From the NCBI RefSeq assembly GCF_001194135.2, contig NC_068998.1, positions 14,810,728-14,874,727 on the forward strand: a DNA stretch of 64,000 nt. The letters are read 5' to 3'. The translations under genes were made by a program, and so were the position numbers. The notes under the pieces are model-generated. The model was not told where the DNA came from and made no database searches. It saw only the letters and a program-made list of their open reading frames with translations. Shown here piece by piece: positions 40,767-54,838 of this stretch. The stretch is from Octopus bimaculoides. Its lineage: Eukaryota. Numbering within the stretch: position 1 is the stretch's first letter; every line of letters begins with the position of its first letter.

Positions 40767-41366
40767 ATACATGCATACATATATAACTATATATATATGT
40801 ATATATATGTACGAATCTATCTATATATATATACATGTATATATGTATATATAAGGAAAGAAAGTGTAAGCGAACCTTGTTATTTATATCTTTAACCCTA
40901 AAGTCAATGATTGTCATTGACAATACTCGCACAAAATAGATCAATAACTGTCGTGTTATTGTAATTTTACGCGATTCTTGTGTGTCTATTTACATCTATA
41001 GACTAACACTTGTATATTTATGGACAGATGTGAAGCGAAAAGGCAATTTAGTTGGCATCAACAACGAAAGAGCTTATGTCATAGCCAAAGCGCCGTCAAT
41101 GTAAATTGCAGTGCTGTTATTAAATATAATACCGTTGAATGATGCAAGAACTGTAAATAGATTGAATAAATCCGTATTTTATTCCAGATAAAATGAAACG
41201 ATCTTTTGAAACTATTAATTCTATAATTATTTCGAGTAAATTGCTCGCTTTTTTGTATTCTAATTCTGAAAAATGAAAATAGATTCCGCATTGAAAACGT
41301 ATAAAATGCATGCAATTTATATACATTGATATATAAACGCTTTACTCTTACAGGTATACATGTATG

Positions 41367-41406
<40 letters not shown>

Positions 41407-41641
41407 GAGAGGGAGAGAGAATGCACATACGTATAGGTATATACGCCATACATATACATATCTGAGCGTGTTAACAAAGGTATTTATATACTTTATGTAT
41501 ATTGTGGAGTGTTTTATATAAACTCTATTGAATTACATTCTCTGTGATTACAACGCTCACATTCATTCTTATATTAATAGATCATTTATTTCTGTAAAGA
41601 AAGAAGCTTTGAACGTGTATAGAAGCATATTTTATAGAACG

Positions 41642-41733
<92 letters not shown>

Positions 41734-43014
41734 CGATAAACCATTGAAGATATTGTGATTATTTTTTGTGCTGTTGATGCTATTAGATTAATTGTTGCTA
41801 TTAGTATTTTTTATTTGTTGTTTAGGCGACATATTGCAGAATCTGGTAAGGAGAATAGGAAACAATTAATATCTGGAAGATTAAACACGTCGCTTTGATT
41901 TTGATTTCAAATCTCACCGAGGAGATATTTTCTATTATATTCTTCGGATTTCTATATGAGAACAGAAGCAGTCATTTCCTGGATACTTTAGAAATGCCTA
42001 AATCTCTCAGAGAAGAAATCAGTAGCTTTCCTTCGTTATGAAGTATCTATATTATTATTCTGTTTGTTTTTACGGTATGGGTTCGGTGTTAATGTTTTCA
42101 CTAAGCTTAAATACAACTATAGAACAAATTCAAAGACGTAACAGAAATATTTATTGTAATGAGACAAATTTGAGTCTCTTACTTTACGCAATCTTAACCC
42201 TGCAACGAAAATTGAGGATCTAACAAAAATTATCAATAAGAATACATCTTGAAGGCATATCTGTAAAATAACGATAAAATTAAACCTATTTCAACCAAAA
42301 TTATCATGGGACGAAAATGAAAACATAATTAAAATCTTGAACATAATGAGGTAGTGTTATAAAGATCTTTAAGTTAATGTATCGAACAGGAAATAAGAGC
42401 ATCCGTAATACGTTAAATTTCAACGAAATCTTTAAGTGTATATTATTAGTAGGTCAGATGGATGCCAGATTAGGAGAGAGCGTCTTACAACATGCTTATA
42501 AAGTATTTAGTTATGTCTCTTGACATTCTGATTTCAAATGCAGCAGGGGTCCAACTTGCTTTTAATACTTCTGAATGAAATATGACGTATATTTCACACT
42601 CAGAAAAACTGGGTACAATATGGGTGAGGAATCGAGAATAGCCGTCTACACATCTTGAAGTGATTCTCGAAGTGATTCTTCCGACTTCATCGGGCGGCAT
42701 GTTTATATACAGTGGTTAACTTCTAGCCACAGCTTAAACAAAGCATTAACAGCTTCCATATCAGCGATGTTAGTAGACCAACGGAAGACAGGCATTGCGC
42801 CTTCTACACCTAATAACTTAATCTGTTAGGTCCAAAGCTTTCGTCACATATCTGCAGCTTGCTCACTGACACAATTCCGCTTCATCTGTCAGCGTCTGAC
42901 AAGTAAAGAAGTCAATTTGCTATGTGATTACGAACCCAGTCTCAGTTGTAAATGCAAATGATTTAGAACTAAAGTACAATTATCCCCCTTGGTTAATTAC
43001 TCCCTCTCTAATAC

Positions 43015-43345
43015 ATTGCTTCCCAACCACACGGTTCCTGGTTCAGTCCCATTATGTGGCAAACTGGGCAGTTGTCTTCTACTATAGCCTTGTGAGTGGA
43101 TTTGGTAGACGGAAACTGAAAGAAGCCCGTCGTATATATANNNNNNNNNNNNNNNNNNNNNNNNNNNNNNNNNNNNNNNNNNNNNNNNNNNNNNNNNNNN
43201 NNNNNNNNNNNNNNNNNNNNNNNNNNNNNNNNNNNNNNNTATATATATATATATATATATATTTCTTCGACTAAAATCCTTAAGGCGGTGCTCCAGCATG
43301 GCCTCAGTCAAATGACTGAAACAAGTAAAGGAATAAAAGAATACA
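43015..43345 (+). mobile_element. SINE family A with a deletion after the microsatellite/gap
   Basis: ttcccaaccacacggttcctggttcagtccca...aaactgaaagaagcccgtcg(ta)n...aaggcggtgctccagcatggcc. Confidence 0.85.
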
Positions 43346-43441
43346 CAGAGAATAATATGTTTCAAACCAGCCTGTTGTTCCAATTAAGCCTGTTGAGGAA
43401 ATAATAGAAGGAATGTCGATAATGGATGTAATAAATGAATA

Positions 43442-44407
43442 GAAGGTGGTATCAAAAAATTCCAGGGCTAGTTATGAGTAATAAAAAATAATATATTCAT
43501 CTAAGTTTTAACATTATCTCCTTCGAAATAGTTACCTTGCGCAGCATTACACCGGTCTCAGCGTTCCTGCCACTTTTGGAAACCGGCCCAGAAGTCATTT
43601 TCCGTAAGTGAATCGAGGACTTTCTGCGATTAACTCTAGATCTCGACAACGTTTTTAAACGGCGACCTTTGAGCAACATTTTCATGCTGGGAACGTAATG
43701 GAAATCAGCAGGTGCTAAATCTGGTAAATAGGGTGGATGCTGAGTGATACTATGTTGTTTTTGGTGAGAAACTCACGAGAGAGGAGAGCTCGGTGACAGG
43801 GTGCATTGTCGTCGTGAAGAATCCAATTCGCCGCCCTCCACAAAGCCGGTCGCGTTCGCCGAATGCTCTCCTTCAAACGTTTCAAAACGCCGCAGCAGAA
43901 CTCTTGATTGACGGTTAGACCCTAAGTACGAATTCTAGATGCACAATACCATATTTTGGTGGGTGACGTTCGTGGCAGGTCTTCTTGATCGTTCATCGAC
44001 TTCCGGAGACGTTCTTCCCCTTTTGAAGCGCCCATGCCACTCGAAACTTTGCGTACGACCCATTGCCTAGTCTTAGAAAGCTTGCCAAAGCATGCTCAGT
44101 ATCTCTGCAGCAGATTTACCAAGTTTAACACAAAATTTCTCGTAGGCTCTTTATTCCTGTCCCTGACAAAATCGCAGACTACAGTATGCACGTGATCACA
44201 AAAACACGAATTTCACAAGTTACGAAGTAGACGCAGCTACGTACTCGTAAACACAGCTGTATACTCGAAGTAAACACAGCTGTATGCCTGTATCTCGGCA
44301 CACTGCCTCATGAAGGTCACTACTAGCTCTCACAGCGCACGCAACCGTACGCTGCCATCTGTGAGCGCGGCACCGAACGAGTCCTGGTACTTTTTGATAC
44401 CACCTCG
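43442..44407 (-). mobile_element. DD34D mariner, internally deleted, with both TIRs and TA flanks
   Basis: ta|cgaggtggtatcaaaaagtaccaggact vs ta|gaaggtggtatcaaaaaattccagggct; KFCVKLGKS, FEWHGRFKRGR, LHDDNAPCH, HPPYLPDLAPADF (D34D). The linker and first catalytic D are missing at a junction near 43952. Confidence 0.93.
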
Positions 44408-46218
44408 TATGCAATGTAGATGGCGAAATGGAAAACTGAATGAAAACGTTATGAAAAGCCCAGCTGTTAATGTATCAACGAACAAAACTAGTATAGAACT
44501 CTTGGTCTAAAGATCACAGTACACTAGAAAGAAAGTAAGGATTATTTTGAGATTAAATCACACTTAATCAATTATTTATGTGCAAACAGAAATTTTTATC
44601 CCAGAACTGTTAAAAATGACAGAACCCCTCCGTATATTTACGTCGAAACTACCGATTATGAATCCGTTGGTATTATCGTTTTCAGAATCTTATGAATATA
44701 TTAATGAAGCACGAGCTATACACAGCAAGAATTCCTTAACAAACTCTCAAGAGACTTAGCCATCAAGGAACCTGAACAAAGGCCAATCAACATAGAGTTT
44801 CGTATTAAGTGCTGGTTGGCTGACATCCAGTGCATGAGATTTATGATCCGATCCCCCTACCATATCTTATCAATTAAACAGACATTCACAAATGGAGCAT
44901 GAGTGAAGCACCCTTCCCTCCTCTGTATCCTGCGAATGTCACTTCAACATCTTCTCAGCAGCTACTTCAGAACTGCTAGAGCTAGTGACATGACAAGGTA
45001 TTCAATTTGGTTGTGGAAGTGAAATCAATGACCATGGGATCTGAGAAATACCATCGCAAGAAGGGGGTCAACACTTTTCTCAAGTAGGAAAAAAGACTGT
45101 CACTACTTCCCAGAGAAAACAAAACAGCAGCTGAGAGTGTATTTCGTAGAACCATTAATATTCCAAGAGTTCAATTCAGAGATACGATACGCCGACCAGA
45201 CCGTTATTTTCTCAAATTCTGCCCAAGTAGTAATCGTGTGGAAACAAACTGTGCTTATGGGAGACATATTCAGTCGGCGCGTAAGGGAAAATTTGAGTTC
45301 AGAAATTTAAAGTAAAGTGCAGGTAGGGGTTTAACTTGAAGGCAGAAAGGTGAAGCAACCTCTCCCGCTTTCTGCCCTTGGGGAGCTAACAGCGCGGTGG
45401 TACGATCGGTGGATCTACACGGGATTCTCTCTCTCTCTCTCTATCTCTATCATCTATCTATCTACCTATCTATTTCCCTCTCCCTACCTCCCTCTCTCTC
45501 TCTCTCCCTTTCTCTCCCTCGCTATCTCTCTATCTCTCTCTCAATATATNNNNNNNNNNNNNNNNNNNNNNNNNNNNNNNNNNNNNNNNNNNNNNNNNNN
45601 NNNNNNGATAAGGATGTATTTTTTAAAGGTAGTAATTGAATTGACAAAATGTCTGCTAGACACAATGACTATTTACGCCTTAAGATAGAAAAGTTTTGTA
45701 TCTATAGTTTGCTTGCACTTTTAAAGGAAATTTACAAGGCAATTCTCGTTGCGCATAGCTTGTGCTACATTACACTAATACAAAATTTTCATGCCATTGG
45801 TTTTCAAAACTTATATGGAATTCGTAAACGCTTGTTTGGTCGAAAATTCATTTAAGATTTGTGACATTTTTATCAGTTCCTGTGTGAAATTTCTTTTATA
45901 GCCTGATGAATTAAATACGCAATCATTGTTCCCAAAATAATATTTTGAGTATTTTCTTTGAAACGATTCTGCTGTTAACTTTTGTTCTTTTCTTTTCCTC
46001 TAGGATCTAGTAGACTTTTTACATACAATGAGTTTTACTGATTGATTTTTTAATCGTACGTGCGTTATATTTTTATACGATATTTTTCAAAGTTAGTTTT
46101 TACACATACTCTCCCACCCGCATACATACATATATACGTGTTCGAGAGCACGTGTACGTAATACGTGTGTGTGTATGTGTGTGATATACAGATTCATTTA
46201 TTCATAGTCCCATATTTA

Positions 46219-46286
<68 letters not shown>

Positions 46287-46842
46287 ATCTATGTATATAT
46301 ATATATAAGTTAATATATATATATANNNNNNNNNNNNNNNNNNNNNNNNNNNNNNNNNNNNNNNNNNNNNNNNNNNNNNNNNNNNNNNNNNNNNNNNNNN
46401 NNNNNNNNNNNNNNNNNNNNNNNNNNNNNNNNNNNNNNNNNNNNNNNNNNNNNNNNNNNNNNNNNNNNNNNNNNNNNNNNNNNNNNNNNNNNNNNNNNNN
46501 NNNNNNNNNNNNNNNNNNNNNNNNNNNNNNNNNNNNNNNNNNNNNNNNNNNNNNNNNNNNNNNNNNNNNNNNNNNNNNNNNNNNNNNNNNNNNNNNNNNN
46601 NNNNNNNNNNNNNNNNNNNNNNNNNNNNNNNNNNNNNNNNNNNNNNNNNNNNNNNNNNNNNNNNNNNNNNNNNNNNNNNNNNNNNNNNNNNNNNNNNNNN
46701 NNNNNNNNNNNNNNNNNNNNNNNNNNNNNNNNNNNNNNNNNNNNNNNNNNNNNNNNNNNNNNNNNNNNNNNNNNNNNNNNNNNNNNNNNNNNNATATGTA
46801 TATGTATATATGTATATATATATATACATATATAACTTTATA

Positions 46843-46879
<37 letters not shown>

Positions 46880-47038
46880 CACGTTGATATATATGGTTTT
46901 GAAAAGGTTGAATACGTATTCGTCCTTGAATTGGAGTGGTTCCCAAAATATTTCTGACGTTGTTTCTTTATACTTTACTTTGAACTTACTGGTGTAAATT
47001 AGCGTAGATACGAAAAGTTATATAGGCATATTAAATAC

Positions 47039-47395
47039 ATGATTTAACTTATTAAACAAAGTTCAACAAATTCAGTCCTATTTTACGTAAAGAGAGGAGA
47101 TTAAATGTTTTAAATAGACATGACTCCAAGAACAATAACACATTATAAAAATTAGTAAGAACACCATATCTATGTTACCCTAACGTCTTTTTTAATTTTT
47201 TTCTTATATTCGGCTACTGATGAGTGCTTTCTGACAACTCAGATTGTTAAAGTGAATTTATTTTCTTTCTGTGTGGAACCATTGTATAGCTATATGAATA
47301 AAAAAACAAATTATCAGCTCTATTAACATCTAATCTCCTCCATTTACGTAAAATATGATTGAATTTGTTGAACTTTGTTTAATAATTTAAATCAT
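47039..47395. repeat. Inverted-repeat element: about 70-bp arms (47039-47109 and 47326-47395) around a 215-bp spacer
   Basis: atgatttaa(c/a)ttattaaacaaagttcaacaaattca...ttttacgtaaa..gaggagatta occurs in both orientations; the right arm runs into a gap. Confidence 0.88.
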
Positions 47396-48041
47396 NNNNN
47401 NNNNNGTTTGCAAAAAACAAGAGTAAGAGAAGAAAACATATCATCTCGACTATGCTGCTGTTCCACAGACAAGTGAATCAGACAAGAGTTTAAAATCTAA
47501 TTGGAGGGATAGTAGTAATTTCAAATATAGAGGAAGGTAGGTTAAGTAGTGGTGGACAGCAGGTTAGGGGTAAATCAAGCATGAGGGGGAAAAAATGTTT
47601 TTTGCAAACATCCTCAAAATGACTTTCTAAAATGAAATTCCATTATGCAGCTGAGGAGTACATTCATTGTACATGAATAAATGGAGCTTGTACGAAACGT
47701 ACGTACTGCTATAACCTATTGAATTTTTGTTTCTTATCTTCAAATATATATATATATATATATGCATAGATGCATATATACATATATATATAGAGAGAGA
47801 GAGTGTGTGTGTGTTTGTGTGTGTGTATAAGAGAGAGAGAGTGGGAGAGAGAGAGAAAGAGAGGGGGAGAGAGAGAGAAAGAGAGGGAATATATATAGAC
47901 ACATACATACACATATATATCTATATGTACATATATATGTAGACGACAAAAGCGCCAACTGTACGAAGGAAGATGTAGTCAGTACATATCTATGTATATA
48001 TGATGTGTGTCCCTTTGTGCCCATGTATTTATGCGTGAACC

Positions 48042-48091
<50 letters not shown>

Positions 48092-49512
48092 CGGGTATAT
48101 TTCGATATATATTTATGTGTATCGTTGTATGTTTGTGCCCACATTAAAAGAGAAGGAATTTACAGCCTGAAAGGTGAATTGTCAGTTAATGCATATAATG
48201 GGGGTAAGTTTTGAATGCTGGATAAAAATTACTAAAGCGTTGAAAAATAATCGCCGCCTAGAGCAGAACTCCCTTCAGCTTACTATAGAGAAATTGTTGT
48301 TAATATACGCCTTTATCAGAAATCATGAAGCGTGGAATGTTTTTATAGAAGATAATGTTTTCTAGATATGTCACGTATTTCCCAAAAGTATCTTTGACAT
48401 CAATGATTCAAACTAGTATGAATAAACACACGAGACTGGTTCACTTTTACTGTTAGCTGGAACTACTACATTTACAACAGAAATGATTCGGTAAATATGA
48501 GATTAGAAATAAACAGAGAAATGATGCATTTTTTGTGGTCGTTGTTGATTTTTAGCCCCAGGTCCATTCTGATCCATCAGACCTATGGACGCATTTTTTC
48601 CAATTCACTTTTTCAGACGAACTTGTGCAGAAATAATAAAATGTAACTTTACTTCTTTAGTAATAAAAGGTGACATGTTAGAGATTTTTGACTGCCATCT
48701 CTAGTAGTTTAGTGGACCGTGCAGAGAATCCCTTATCCGTTCAGTGTATGTTGCTGAGCTATGTAGTAATGAGAGCTAAATTTTCAAACATAAGAAGCTA
48801 GATGTAGTAGAATATATACACACCGGCCTCGGAGACCCTGCGAAGACTGGGAAAACATCTAGTCATGGCGATTTAAAAAGAAAATGGCTTATATTTTTTA
48901 TTCATTTTTTGTTACATTTTGATGCTATTTTCTTCTCAAAATACTTGCAGGATATTCACGATATGTTCGAGAACAAAATCAAACAAAAGCAGCGCAAAAA
49001 CATATTACATCATTTAATCAACACTTACGAGAAAATCAATAATTATGAGCATATAAATGAACACTTAGTAGAAAGAGAAAGTACTTCTAATAGTTTTACA
49101 ATTATTCTAAGCAGACGAATTTTATATGAAATAATGAATATTGTAATAATGCAGAAGCAACTAATTATGTCTGTGTCATTGTATAGTCACTAAATCTGAC
49201 TAAGTTAAGAGGAAAACAATCGGTTGCGAGAATTGTGTAAACAGATGACCTAATCCAAATAAGTAAAAACATAACACGTTTTTACTTTACAAAGGAACGT
49301 GGGTGTACGAATTGACAGCTATAAGAAGAATAACACATAAGAGACGGGGAAATGTTGATGTACGCTAGAGTGTCCGACAAGTCGTAAATTTCCCTTGGTA
49401 TATTATAATCAAATGCATAATAACATGCGATGAATAATCATCAGCTCACAGCTGTTTGTTACGCATTTTTAATAGAAAAATGAGAACGTTACTTCATTAC
49501 AAAAAAAAACGC

Positions 49513-50418
49513 ATATAGAGTCAAAATTAAAATAAGAGTGCCATTTGTTATCTTGGGAACAATATTTCGACATCTCGCGTGTCTTCCACTGGTTCGAAAA
49601 ATAAATTTGTCAATCCCAAGATAACAAATGGCACTCTTCTTTTAATTTTGACTCTATATGGGAGGAGTTACCTCAATCCTTTCTATATTAACCAAAATGA
49701 AGTAGATTGACAAATTTATTTTTCGAACCAGTGGAAGACACNNNNNNNNNNNNNNNNNNNNNNNNNNNNNNNNNNNNNNNNNNNNNNNNNNNNNNNNNNN
49801 NNNNNNNNNNNNNNNNNNNNNNNNNNNNNNNNNNNNNNNNNNNNNNNNNNNNNNNNNNNNNNNNNNNNNNNNNNNNNNNNNNNNNNNNNNNNNNNNNNNN
49901 NNNNNNNNNNNNNNNNNNNNNNNNNNNNNNNNNNNNNNNNNNNNNNNNNNNNNNNNNNNNNNNNNNNNNNNNNNNNNNNNNNNNNNNNNNNNNNNNNNNN
50001 NNNNNNNNNNNNNNNNNNNNNNNNNNNNNNNNNNNNNNNNNNNNNNNNNNNNNNNNNNNNNNNNNNNNNNNNNNNNNNNNNNNNNNNNNNNNNNNNNNNN
50101 NNNNNNNNNNNNNNNNNNNNNNNNNNNNNNNNNNNNNNNNNNNNNNNNNNNNNNNNNNNNNNNNNNNNNNNNNNNNNNNNNNNNNNNNNNNNNNNNNNNN
50201 NNNNNNNNNNNNNNNNNNNNNNNNNNNNNNNNNNNNNNNNNNNNNNNNNNNNNNNNNNNNNNNNNNNNNNNNNNNNNNNNNNNNNNNNNNNNNNNNNNNN
50301 NNNNNNNNNNNNNNNNNNNNNNNNNNNNNNNNNNNNNNNNNNNNNTCGAACCAGTGGAAGACACGCGAGATGTCGAAACATTGTTCCCAAGATAACAAAT
50401 GGCACTCGTCTTTTAATT

Positions 50419-50420
<2 letters not shown>
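49513..50420. repeat. Inverted and direct repeat cluster carrying hammerhead-like motifs, probably PLE terminal repeats
   Basis: 46-bp arms at 49513-49558 and 49614-49659; the motif gaaccagtggaagacacgcgagatgtcgaaa occurs on minus (49557-49595) and plus (50347-50385), with a partial copy before the gap. Confidence 0.8.
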
Positions 50421-50486
<66 letters not shown>

Positions 50487-51522
50487 TTCGAAATAAAATG
50501 GCAATTATTTTGAAAAGTACATGAACTTGAAAAGGAGTGATCAAAATCAAAATGAAGAATCTAGCGAAGAGAGAAAACACTGCATTGTTTGTGATTCTAG
50601 AGAAGTCAAATAAAAATAAAATGAAGTAACGAAAACACGGTACTTAAAATTATGATATTGTCTAATATCGTAGTGAAAAATATTATGCGAATACATTTTA
50701 GCCTAACAGAACAGAAGAGAAATGATTACTGAAAATAACGCGTACTCTTTTATAAATAAAGCAACCACTTCAACTCCACCCCCAAGGAATGATACGGAGA
50801 AATAAGGAAATCAAAACGGAATTAAAAGACCACGCGAAATGGTTGATATAACAAAAAAAAAACAGAACGTTAAAAGAGTATGCAATGAACGAGGCAATAA
50901 AGATGAATAAAGTAAGTATCAAGAAAATAAATATGAAAATTAAAATGTTAGAAGGTTAGAACAGCAGAAGCCTCCGAATCATTTAAGAGAAATATTAAGT
51001 AGAAAACCCTTTGAGCGACAAATTACAAAATTCCAAATATTTAACACAAGCACTTGAAATATTGGTAAAAATTTCCAGAGTTTCTAAAGAAGCAAATATA
51101 AACAGGTTATCTTGCATAGTAGAAAACAACTTTAATATCTAACTCTAAGAATACAAAGCCTGAAAACCTGCTTATGGTCTGTTTGTATAACACTCATATT
51201 GAAGCTGCTATGGACACAGCACAATTCAATTGCTTCACAATCATGAGTTCTCAAGATCGATTATATTGCATGTCATCTTAGCAAGAGATATTTCTCAAAG
51301 TTCCGGCAGACCCCCCCCCCCCCATATGATTTTAAATGGGAAGATGGCGATTGAGTGTAAGCTCGTCGAGTAGAATATACTCGTAATTCAAATGATCAGC
51401 TTTGTCACACGCTATGCCACGCTGATTCCGTTTGAGAATTACGTCAAGAAGACACATAGCTAACAACTGAAAACTTGTCGAAACTAATGGTGATCCATTT
51501 AGTTGATAATATTTGCATTGTG

Positions 51523-51870
51523 ATCGAGAATTCGTCCGTCTTTACATTCTGAGTTCGAATTCTGCCGAGGTCAACTTTGTCTTTCATGCATGAGGGTTCG
51601 TTCGATAAAATAAGTATCAGTCTAGTGGCGGGGGTCGATATAATCAGTTATCCCCGCCTAATTAAAACCTTGTACTTATCACTAAGTGATGGACTGGCAG
51701 TATTCCGATTGTGTTTATGTTCTAATTTCAAATTACGCCAAGGTCAACCTTGCCTTTCATCGTTTCGGTGTCGATAAAATAAGCACCAGTGAAGCACTGG
51801 AGTCGATGTAATAGACTCACTCCTTCCATCACTTCAACATTTCTGGCCTTGTGCCAACATTTGAAACCAA
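51523..51870 (+). mobile_element. Two tandem SINE family B copies
   Basis: ttctgagttcgaattctgccgaggtcaactttg and ttcaaattacgccaaggtcaaccttgcctttcatcgtttcggtgtcgataaaataagcacc. Confidence 0.8.
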
Positions 51871-53324
51871 TTTTACGCGTCATGGAAGTATAGGTTAACA
51901 ACAAACAAATTTATCATCCACACAAATAGAAACGTCAGAAAGCGTAGTTAAGCACGACTTCAGAAAAGCCATTTGGGGGTCTGAGAAGTTCTTAAGTTTA
52001 CTTAATAGCGATTACCAAAGATAAGCATTTACCAAGTCGATTTTACTATTCAGCAATTAATATAATGTTCAAATATACATCTGTAATACACTTGTTCAAT
52101 TCTATCAATCATATGCCTGCATGATAAAATACATCTTTTGTCTGAGGTGATAATGGATGATCATTTTTTTGCCTTATACAAAACCAAAAAAAAAAAAAAG
52201 AAATGCATGAATTTAGAATTCAATCTACCCCAGTAGTGCTGAAACTCAGGATATAAATGAACACAGTTAAATTTGTGAGTGGCTTTCAATTGAAACTGCT
52301 GTTCCAAACACTGGGTGCCTCGTTGAGATTGTTTTGTCTGCTAGAATTTGTAGCCAAATTTTCCCTAATTCTTATTCTAAACCCTAAAAAGAAATAGTTA
52401 TGTAATTTTATTTTGTATACATTACTGACGTTATATCGTTAATCATAGGTTTACTTGACTAGAACGAATCTGAGGTTAAACAATAGCAACAGTGGAAAAT
52501 AAAATCGAGATGAAATTCCAAATATTCATCACCTTGTACATTACCTTGTCTGAAAACTAGCTACCATTGACACTATTGAGAGATTATTAAAGAAATCAAT
52601 ATTACTTGATATTTACTCTGGTGGAGTAGAGGAAGCGCTAGAATGCTGTAACTAGACAACAATTGTCAATAGTGCTAATGATAGTTCTTTTTTATAAAAA
52701 CAGATATAATTTAAATTGAGTAATGCTTTATTTTTAATTATAACATTGCTATGTTTTCTTCTTTCTCACTTCAACTTAATAATAGAGTGAATTAATTTCT
52801 CCAGTTATGTGTTCTTAGTTAAATTGGTGCTCTAGGACGGTGATATTCATCATTCCGATGTCAATAATTTAAGTAACGTATCCAAATTAATTCAATGGTC
52901 TGTAGCTATTATATAACGTTCCATAGACTTACTCCTATATTAAAAATCAATATCAATTGATATTAATGCAAACGATTTCATACCGTGCATATGATAAGTA
53001 CGAATTGATTTTAATTGCTGAGGACAGTAATTTCATTTTCCTTTAATTACTCAAAGGCGCTTCAAAGACACAGGTTTAACACTGATTGTCTCTTCCTCAC
53101 ATATACAAACACATTGTCCGTGATAACAAGACAATATCCCACTCACCCGTAAAGAATATAAAGTAATTATGACTCCCGTATTGATTGACATTTCATATTG
53201 AAAATTCGATTATCATTGTTAAAAGAAAAATATTTTTACTTTCATATTTAATAACCCAATTTATTTATTTAATTGAACAATCAATGAATTGCTCTCGGCG
53301 CAAATCCTGTTTTAGTTTCCAGAT

Positions 53325-53491
53325 TATGTTGCTGCTGCTGTTGTTGTTGTTGTTGGTCTTCTTTTTTCTTCTTCTTCTTCTTCTTCTTCTTCTTCTTCTT
53401 CTTCTTCTTCTACTTCTTCTTCATCTTTTTCTTCTTCTTCTTCAATTTCTTCTTCTATTTCTTCTTCAATTACTTCTTCAACTTCTTCAAT

Positions 53492-53523
<32 letters not shown>

Positions 53524-53700
53524 GCTGTTGCTACTGCTGTTGAGGTTTTCCTTTTCTTCTTTTTCCTCCCCCTCTCTATTTTGTTGTTATTCTTCTTCTT
53601 CTTCTTCTTCTTCTTCTCCTTCTTCTTCTTCTCCTTCTTCATGCTCTTGTATTTTTTATATATTTTTATATTTACGCTTACTTTTTTTTTGTTTCTTCAA
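53325..53700. repeat. (TTC)n/(TTG)n low-complexity pyrimidine tract
   Basis: Trinucleotide periodicity; the poly-Leu ORF is an artefact. Confidence 0.9.
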
Positions 53701-54114
53701 AGTTTCACATTATTTATATTTTCTAATCATACATTCAAAATTACTTAATTTTCTTTCTTCGTTTCATAAATAAGTACTTATAATATTTATTTTATTTCCT
53801 TTCTATTCGACTTCAATTATTCATCTGGTGTTTGTATTATTATAGTTATTGCTGTCGTCATTGTTTAACATTCATCACACGATACCCTTCGTCTTAAGTC
53901 TGTTCTCTCATGATCTTATGCAATATTTATTTATTTATTTAATCTTATTTATTGTTGTTGTTGTTTTTTTTTATTTTAGAATGTTTCTCTTTTCACTAAT
54001 CACTTTTTTGTGTCTTCTCTTTATTTATTTATTTTTGTTTTGTATTAGACTTCTTTCTTTCAGTTCTAGTGTATTTCTTTTTATTACTTCTAAACTATAC
54101 ATATATACATATAC

Positions 54115-54168
<54 letters not shown>

Positions 54169-54242
54169 GTACATATATGATGTGTATGTATACGTACACA
54201 AATAAATATATATTACATATATATATCATATGTATCATATAC

Positions 54243-54288
<46 letters not shown>

Positions 54289-54663
54289 AATGCCATAGAT
54301 TGCTTATATATTCCAGACCTAAACAAACAAATCTAGTCTGAAATATTGCCAATCAAAATACAATAAGGACATATTAAATTCCTCAAACATTATTATGCAT
54401 AAGAAAAATAATATAAGTGTATGTGTGTGCATGCGTGTGCGCGTGATTGTAGTATAATTATGTAAATACATATATATGAATACGTATATGCATTTATATA
54501 TATATGTGTGTATGTGTGTATGCATGGAGGTATGTATACATATGCATATGTGCTTGAGTATATATTCTTTATGAGCATATATATATATGTGTATCTGTGT
54601 ATGTATTTACATATAAATATATATATAGATACAACCACATTTTGCATACACATATACAAACGC

Positions 54664-54696
<33 letters not shown>

Positions 54697-54779
54697 TATA
54701 AAATATACATATGTATATATGTATGTATTTATATGTATATGTATATATATGTATACATATATCTATATATATATGTATA

Positions 54780-54838
<59 letters not shown>

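Noticed and set aside
42600-42900. Non-repetitive, GC-richer stretch with short open frames on both strands
   Set aside because: No convincing splice-site pair or recognisable motif.
44720-45200. Possible degenerate LINE endonuclease relic
   Set aside because: No continuous diagnostic motif could be read.
45983-46050. Strong acceptor ttttcctctag|gatctag
   Set aside because: All frames close quickly and there is no good donor.
53185-53748. 187-aa hydrophobic poly-Leu/Phe ORF
   Set aside because: Product of a (TTC/TTG)n tract.
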